Positions 48,821 to 54,848 of a stretch of DNA of 54,848 nucleotides are shown in pieces. The first letter of the stretch is position 1. Every line of letters begins with the position of its first letter. The stretch lies in NCBI GenBank assembly GCA_002104905.1, contig MCFE01000594.1, forward strand, positions 1 to 54,848, read 5' to 3'. This DNA comes from Basidiobolus meristosporus CBS 931.73 (lineage: Eukaryota > Fungi > Basidiobolomycota). Position numbers and translations under genes: made by a program. The notes beneath the pieces were generated by a model. That model was not told the origin of the DNA and searched no databases. It worked only from the letters and a program-made list of their open reading frames with translations.

Positions 48821-49269
48821 CTATAGCACTGTCTACCATACAGGCAGAGTATAGGGCAGCCTGTGAGGCAACAGAAGAAGCAAAGTGGCAAAGAATGCTC
48901 TTTTAAATCTAGGCCAATGTCTAAAAATGCCTTGTACTTTGTTCCACAATAATCAAGGATGTTTACAAGGAAGTCAAGTCCAACTCTTTATACTTGAATT
49001 AAGCACATAGATATCAGATTTTGCTTCATACATGAAGCTGTGGCAAGTAGCTTAGTAAGCTTAATGCACTGTCATTTGGATAAAATGGTTGAAGAGATAT
49101 TCACCAAACCATTTGCTAGAGACAAGTTTGAACATCTTTGGTCAAAATCTGAACTAGTCAGCATAAGTATTTAGTTGAGTGGCAGTCTTGTAAAAGTTTG
49201 TAACTTCATCTAAATATTTACCTATTGTATTGAAATAGATCATTACCTTTAAATCCAAGAGATTAATAG

Positions 49270-49798
49270 TGTCATGATCACATGACAACCATGAACACCC
49301 ATGCCAAGTTTCAGCTTCCCAGCTCAATTTCTAAGAGATTCCTTCCGGAACCTTCTACCACCTTCCAGAAAGTTCCTGACCATTCCAAACCATTGTTACA
49401 CAATGGAACATTCCATGGAAGCTTTCCATCGTATTTTTTATAGTCCAGTACCATATATGGAAATACCAGGTCACATGACTTAGTCACATGATCAGGTGAC
49501 CCAATCCATTTCCCCATCCTGTCTCAGTACCGTGTCATCTATGTCATTATCCCCAGCACCATTGCTGTGCCTCACCCCACAACCCCATTAGTATTAGCTA
49601 ACATCTCTCGGCATCAATATAGCCAAAAAGTATATATAGTCCTATCCCCCCTTAAGTATTCCTCAGTCTGATAAACACAGGTCTTGAATAAACAGCCTTG
49701 CCTTGGAAATCTGTCTTGCCTTGTTGATCCACACCTAAGTCCTTTCCTGGTCCTGCCTTGCCTAGCTCTACTCTCCTGCCTTGTGTCTATTCATAACA
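49270..49798 (+). repeat. Chromovirus 5' LTR (529 bp)
   Basis: TGTCATGA..TCATAACA termini; TATATATA at 49631-49638; the first ~188 bp recur at 54659-54848. Confidence 0.93.
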
Positions 49799-49810
49799 GT
49801 TTTATCAGAC
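49799..49810 (+). promoter_or_regulatory. Self-priming PBS GTTTATCAGACT
   Basis: Exact reverse complement AGTCTGATAAAC at 49665-49676 in the LTR, just downstream of the TATA box. Confidence 0.88.
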
Positions 49811-50204
49811 TCCCCTGACTTACCTGTGGATCCCTGCCTTCTGCCCAAAGTTTGAAGAAAACTTGTAAAAGGAATACTCACCATAAGTATCACCCATCAT
49901 CTTTCCCTAGTCTTGTCCTATAAAGGCAAAGATACTTTATCTTTGTAAAACTATTGGTCAAAGCTGCATTCACTTTATTACCCTGCTGGTGGAGTTTACA
50001 GTTGTTACAGTATTGGAAGCTTTAGTACAATACTCTATCAAAGGACATTGAAACCAGTACCTTCTGAAGTGACGCTAACTTATTTAAGTTGGGGATTGTG
50101 GCTCAATAGTTGTATTCTTGACATACTAGTGGCTTTACAAACCCACAATCTAGTTTAGTATATTCCAGTATTCCTTGCAAGTTCATCCGCCTTCCTCTGC
50201 TACC

Positions 50205-51137
50205 ATGTCCAACCTAGAGCTGAACTTTGCCCAGCTCATGGCTGCCTTTACCCAACTGCAGCAAGACCATGCAGACCTCAGAAACACTCTTGCTCAGTTC
50301 CAGAACCAAAGTGTCCAGCAAACTAGCCATGTCCCAGTCTACCAAGAACCCAAGTATACTCCTGCTACCAAGTTCAATGGCTCTCAGAATGAATTCCGTG
50401 GCTTCATCAACATGGTGAAGAACAATCTTGCACTCCAGCCCAACCGGTACCCCACTGACCAGGCCAAAGTTGGTTTCATCTCCAACCTGCTTACTGGTAC
50501 AGCTCTCAAGTGGTTCTCCCCATTAGTGGAGACCAACTCTCCCCTCCTCAGAGACTACCAAGCTTTCCTCACTGAAATGGAGCTAACATTTGGTAACCTT
50601 GACCAAGCCAGAACTGCTGCCAACAAGATCAAGACCCTCAAGCAAGGGAACAAACCAGCATCAGTCTATGCCTCAGAATTCCGACAACTCTCCAGTGACC
50701 TCAGCTCCTGGGGTCAAGCAGCCTTGATTAGCCAATTCCAAGATGGCCTCAATGATGAAGTTTGTGATCTGCTACTCACACTCCCAGATCCAGATACATT
50801 GGTTGAAGCTATGCACCAAGCAATCCGGTGTGATAACAGACTATTCCAGAAGAAGCAAAAGAACCGTCAAAGACACATTCCTGTTGCAGTCCCAGCCCCT
50901 CCTGCTCCCCAAGTCACTCCAGAAGATCCTATGCAGATTGATAGTGCCAAATACAGGAAACTATCAAAGAGTGAAAAGTCCAGACGTCAACAAGCCAACC
51001 TCTGTCTATACTGTGGCCAACCAGGTCACTTTGCCAAGTCCTGCCCCAACAAGAAGTCCAGCTTCAAGCTGATGCAGTCCTCCAGCAACCAACCTGATGC
51101 AGATCTGTCGGGAAACTCCAATGTCCAGTTGCACTGA
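50205..51137 (+). CDS. gag: Chromovirus Gag
   Basis: [39 protein letters not shown], zinc knuckle [14 protein letters not shown]. Confidence 0.96.
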   Translation: MSNLELNFAQLMAAFTQLQQDHADLRNTLAQFQNQSVQQTSHVPVYQEPKYTPATKFNGSQNEFRGFINMVKNNLALQPNRYPTDQAKVGFISNLLTGTALKWFSPLVETNSPLLRDYQAFLTEMELTFGNLDQARTAANKIKTLKQGNKPASVYASEFRQLSSDLSSWGQAALISQFQDGLNDEVCDLLLTLPDPDTLVEAMHQAIRCDNRLFQKKQKNRQRHIPVAVPAPPAPQVTPEDPMQIDSAKYRKLSKSEKSRRQQANLCLYCGQPGHFAKSCPNKKSSFKLMQSSSNQPDADLSGNSNVQLH

Positions 51138-51230
51138 CAGGCTTGCAACTGGACCCACCCATGAAAATCCAGCATATCCAAGAATCTTCCTTTGCCACAA
51201 AATCTATCCAGTCCTTGAGAATGCCTGTCA
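51110..51230 (+). promoter_or_regulatory. -1 ribosomal frameshift signal (slippery heptamer plus stem-loop/pseudoknot)
   Basis: G GGA AAC in the gag frame (51110-51116), 6-nt spacer, 11-bp stem 51123-51133/51144-51154; loop TGACAGGC is complementary to GCCTGTCA at 51223-51230. Confidence 0.85.
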
Positions 51231-54200
51231 AAATCCAGATCCCTGACTCCAGTCCTGTCCCAGCCCTAGCCCTGATTGATTCTGGTGCTTCATCCTGTTT
51301 CATTGACCAAGCCTTTGTCCAGAAGCACTCTATTCCTGTTACCTTGAAATCCTGTCCAGTCCAAGTAGAAGTTATTGATGGAAGATCACTCTCCTCTGGT
51401 GCCGTTACCCATGAAACATGCTTACTCCAGCTATCCAGTACTGCCCACCAAGAAAGAATCGCCTTCAACATCATCAACTCACCACACTATCCTATTGTGC
51501 TTGGAAGCTCATGGCTGAGCTACCACAATCCGAGTATTGATTGGAAATCCAAGATCCTGTCATTCACCAGATCCCACCAAGTCAACTCCATGAAATCTCC
51601 AGACCCTGATAACCGTGAAAAGACGGTTGCCAACAGTTCAACAGCCCAAGATACCTTGCCAGCTGAAGGAGCCCCCTCAGCAACTATACCAGCCAAGTAC
51701 CAAGAGTTTGCCCATGTCTTTGACAAGAAGAATGCAGAACTCCTCCCTGACCATCGGCCTTATGACTGCCCTATTGACCTTGAAGATGGAAAAGTCCCTC
51801 CATTTGGCCCAATATATAACCTCTCCCAGCCGGAGTTGAAAGAACTCCATGGTTATATTCAAGAAAACCTCCAGAAGGGTTTTATTCAGCACTCCAAATC
51901 ACCTGCTGGAGCCCCAATCCTCTTTGTCAAGAAGAAGGATGGCACCCTCAGAATGTGTGTGGACTACCGTGCTTTGAATAAGATCACAGTCAAGAACCGC
52001 TACCCCCTGCCCCTGATCAACACACTGTTGGATCAGCTATCTGCTGCCCAAGTCTTCACCAAGATAGACTTGAGAGGAGCTTACAATCTTGTCAGAATCA
52101 AGCCTGGTGATGAATGGAAAACTGCCTTTCGCACAAGATATGGTCACTTTGAGTACAAAGTAATGCCATTTGGCCTCACCAATGCCCCTGCTGTGTTTCA
52201 ACACCTCATGAATGACATATTCCGCGAATACCTTGACCAGTTTGTGGTAATCTACCTTGATGATATTCTCATATACTCCAAGAGCCAAGATGAACATGAT
52301 GAACATGTCAAGAAAGTATTGAGAAAACTAGACTCTGCCGGTCTCTATGCCAAGTTAGAGAAGTGTGAATTTGACCAGAGAGAAGTAGAATTTCTGGGTT
52401 ACCTCATCAGCCCTGAGGGAACAAGAATGGACCCAGAGAAAGTTGACTCAGTCCAGTCCTGGAAAACTCCAAGCTCAGTCAAGGAAGTACAATCCTTCCT
52501 GGGATTTGCCAACTTCTATCGCAGGTTCATAGCCAACTACTCCAAGATAGTCACCCCTCTCACAAAGCTTACCCAGAAGAACACACCTTTTGCCTGGAAT
52601 GAGGAGCAATCCAGCTCATTCAACCAACTCAAGAAATCTTTCCTGAAGGCCCCCCTGCTTGCCCACCCTGACCTTGAGAAGCAATTCATAGTGGAGACTG
52701 ATGCTTCTGATTTTGCCCTTGGTGCCATACTCTCCCAGTATGATGAGGACAATGTGTTGCACCCCATTGCATTCTACTCTCGGAAGTTTTCCCCTGCAGA
52801 GATCAACTATGATATCTATGATAAGGAGTTGCTTGCCATCATTGTAGCCTTTGAGCAATGGAGACACTACCTGGACGGTGCAAAACACAATATCAAAGTC
52901 TTCTGTGACCATAAGAACCTTGAGTACTTTACAACTTCCAAAGTACTAAACCGGAGACAAGCCAGATGGTCACTCTTCCTGTCCAGCTTTGACTTTACTA
53001 TCACCTATAGACCTGGTGCAAAGCAAGGAAAGCCTGATGCCCTGTCCAGAAAAAAGGAATATGCCCTGGAAGAGGGAGATGATGCCTGTTGGCAAATGGA
53101 ACACCCATTGCTGAGCAAGAAACATTTTGAGATTCTTGCCACCCAGTCCTCAAGTCTTGTCATCCCTTCATTCCTAGTAAGGATATCAGAATCCCAAGCC
53201 TCTGATATGACTTCCAGCACCATCAAGAAATATCTGGAATCCCCAGTTGGGCCCCCTCCCAAGTTCCCAAACATCCAGAACCTGCATTTGGTAAACAACC
53301 TCATCTACCACAAGCAGCAGCTTTATGTCCCAGACCTTGCCACCCAGCTAGACATCATTAAGTCTCGGCATGATTCAATGGCTGCAGGCCACTTTGGTAC
53401 TGCCAAAACCTTGAATGCTATCAAAAGAGATTTCTGGTGGCCTAGAATGATAACTCTTATCAAAGAGTACATTCTGACTTGTGATATTTGCAACCGTGCA
53501 AAACCAGCCAGACACCAGCCCTATGGACTTCTTCAACCCCTGCCTATCCCAGAACACCAATGGAGATCTATATCTATGGACTTCATTACTGACCTCCCTG
53601 AGTCATGTGGCTTCAATGCTATACTTGTAGTGGCTGACCGGCTGACCAAGATGGCTCACTTCATCCCTTGCTGTAAGAACACTGATGCAAAAGAAACTGC
53701 TGCTTTAGTCCTGAAGAATATTTTCCGCCTTCATGGTATCCCCAGTGATATTGTGTCAGATAGAGGCCCACAGTTTGTGTCCAAGTTTTGGAAACACTTC
53801 ATGCAATACCTTGGTGTTCAAGTCAAGCTCTCTACTGCCTTCCATCCACAGTCTGATGGCCAGACTGAAAGAATCAACCAGATTCTGGAGCAATACCTCC
53901 GGTGCTATATCAATTACCAGCAAGACAATTGGGTTGATCTACTCCCTGTTGCTGAGTTTGCCTACAACAACTCAAGCCATAGTGCAACCGGTTTTACACC
54001 ATTCTATGCAAACTATGGATTCCACCCTCAGTTTGATATCCAGATTCCAACAAACCCAATGAGCCCACATGCGGCTGAACATGCCCAAGCAATCCAGGAC
54101 ATCCAGAACACCCTCAAGGAAGAGCTATCCTTAGCTCAGGAAAGCTACAAGAAATTTGCCAATCTAAAACGGCATCCCAGCCCTGATCTTAATGAAGGAG

Positions 54201-54658
54201 ATTCTGTATGGTTGCTCAGAAGAAACATCAGCACCAACCGCCCTTGTGACAAGTTGGATTTCAAGAAACTTGGTCCCTTCAAGATCAAGAAGAAGCTTAG
54301 CCCTATAGTATATCAGCTACAGTTACCAGCAAGTATGAAAATCCATGATACTTTCCATGTGTCCCTCCTGGAGCCGTATTGTAGGAACACATTGCCAAAC
54401 CGGCAAGAAGCAAAGCCCCAAGCTATCCAGGTTGACCAACATCAAGAATTTGAAGTTAAACAGATTCTAGACTCCAAGTATATCCGGTCAAAGCTGTACT
54501 ACTTAGTAGACTGGATTGGTTATGGCCCAAGTGACCAAACATGGGAACCAGCTACACATCTCACTAATTGTCAAGAACTAGTTACCCAGTTCCACCAACA
54601 ATATCCTGCAAAACCTGCCCCAAAGGGAAACAGAGCTCCGCCTGGAAGAGGAGAATAG
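51110..54658 (+). CDS. pol: Chromovirus Pol (PR-RT-RH-IN-chromodomain), -1 frame relative to gag
   Basis: [60 protein letters not shown]. Frame open from 51098 to the TAG at 54658. Confidence 0.97.
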   Translation, partial: GKLQCPVALTGLQLDPPMKIQHIQESSFATKSIQSLRMPVKIQIPDSSPVPALALIDSGASSCFIDQAFVQKHSIPVTLKSCPVQVEVIDGRSLSSGAVTHETCLLQLSSTAHQERIAFNIINSPHYPIVLGSSWLSYHNPSIDWKSKILSFTRSHQVNSMKSPDPDNREKTVANSSTAQDTLPAEGAPSATIPAKYQEFAHVFDKKNAELLPDHRPYDCPIDLEDGKVPPFGPIYNLSQPELKELHGYIQENLQKGFIQHSKSPAGAPILFVKKKDGTLRMCVDYRALNKITVKNRYPLPLINTLLDQLSAAQVFTKIDLRGAYNLVRIKPGDEWKTAFRTRYGHFEYKVMPFGLTNAPAVFQHLMNDIFREYLDQFVVIYLDDILIYSKSQDEHDEHVKKVLRKLDSAGLYAKLEKCEFDQREVEFLGYLISPEGTRMDPEKVDSVQSWKTPSSVKEVQSFLGFANFYRRFIANYSKIVTPLTKLTQKNTPFAWNEEQSSSFNQLKKSFLKAPLLAHPDLEKQFIVETDASDFALGAILSQYDEDNVLHPIAFYSRKFSPAEINYDIYDKELLAIIVAFEQWRHYLDGAKHNIKVFCDHKNLEYFTTSKVLNRRQARWSLFLSSFDFTITYRPGAKQGKPDALSRKKEYALEEGDDACWQMEHPLLSKKHFEILATQSSSLVIPSFLVRISESQASDMTSSTIKKYLESPVGPPPKFPNIQNLHLVNNLIYHKQQLYVPDLATQLDIIKSRHDSMAAGHFGTAKTLNAIKRDFWWPRMITLIKEYILTCDICNRAKPARHQPYGLLQPLPIPEHQWRSISMDFITDLPESCGFNAILVVADRLTKMAHFIPCCKNTDAKETAALVLKNIFRLHGIPSDIVSDRGPQFVSKFWKHFMQYLGVQVKLSTAFHPQSDGQTERINQILEQYLRCYINYQQDNWVDLLPVAEFAYNNSSHSATGFTPFYANYGFHPQFDIQIPTNPMSPHAAEHAQAIQDIQNTLKEELSLAQESYKKFANLKRHPSPDLNEGDSVWLLRRNISTNRPCDKLDFKKLGPFKIKKKLSPIVYQLQLPASMKIHDTFHVSLLEPYCRNTLPNRQEAKPQAIQVDQHQEFEVKQILDSKYIRSKLYYLVDWIGYGPSDQTWEPATHLTNCQELVTQFHQQYPAKPAPKGNRAPPGRGE
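54644..54658 (+). promoter_or_regulatory. Polypurine tract
   Basis: GGAAGAGGAGAATAG directly before the 3' LTR. Confidence 0.85.
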
Positions 54659-54848
54659 TGTCATGATCACATGACAACCATGAACACCCATGCCAAGTTT
54701 CAGCTTCCCAGCTCAATTTCTAAGAGATTCCTTCCGGAACCTTCTACCACCTTCCAGAAAGTTCCTGACCATTCCAAACCATTGTTACACAATGGAACAT
54801 TCCATTGGAAGCTTTCCAATCGTATTTTTTATAGTCCAGTACCATATA
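54659..54848 (+). repeat. Chromovirus 3' LTR (partial)
   Basis: No substitutions versus the 5' LTR over the visible part; two 1-bp insertions near the window end. Confidence 0.95.

Larger units (their letters stand above)
45890..49269 (+). mobile_element. Old copia fragment H (RT-RH, PPT, start of 3' LTR at 49186), host of two LTR2 copies and the chromovirus
   Basis: PHLVCKLNLSLYGLKQSPRAW and later RT/RH remnants resume across each insertion. Confidence 0.85.
49270..54848 (+). mobile_element. Intact Ty3/gypsy chromovirus; 3' LTR truncated by the window end
   Basis: 5' LTR 49270-49798, uninterrupted gag and pol, chromodomain, PPT, 3' LTR from 54659. Confidence 0.98.

Noticed and set aside
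51143-51163. Independent pol initiation at TTG 51143 or the next ATG
   Set aside because: The frame is open from 51098 and overlaps a well-formed -1 frameshift signal, which explains Pol expression better.

Overview
Eukaryotic, intron-rich fungal DNA; the fungal Zds_C domain together with NOL8- and DTWD1-like genes suggests an early-diverging lineage (inference). Three compartments. (1) 1-~13.1 kb is AT-rich, CpG-poor repeat DNA: a ~154-bp minisatellite, GC-hairpin repeats, two head-to-tail LINE-like 3' relics and nested Ty1/copia elements with a Ty5-type half-tRNA PBS. (2) ~13.1-29.3 kb is a CpG-retaining gene island: a small secreted 8-Cys cationic protein, an orphan candidate, tRNA-Leu(CAG), NOL8-like, DTWD1-like, a GRF-zinc-finger/RING gene, CAP/Srv2 (apparent frameshift), RPS4, Zds1-like, RPS8 and zeta-COP. 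(3) ~29.3-54.8 kb is a multiply nested stack of the same copia family, three ~1.07-kb solo LTRs of a second family, a PIF/Harbinger transposase relic and an intact Ty3/gypsy chromovirus that runs off the window end. Strongest observations: the chromovirus has a Tf1-type self-priming PBS and a -1 frameshift signal with a long-loop pseudoknot; its leader shares a ~270-bp non-coding module with the second LTR family; and the self-nesting copia carries an LISSPP motif resembling the Ty5 heterochromatin-targeting LDSSPP. All coordinates and alignments were read by eye; nothing was searched or computed.
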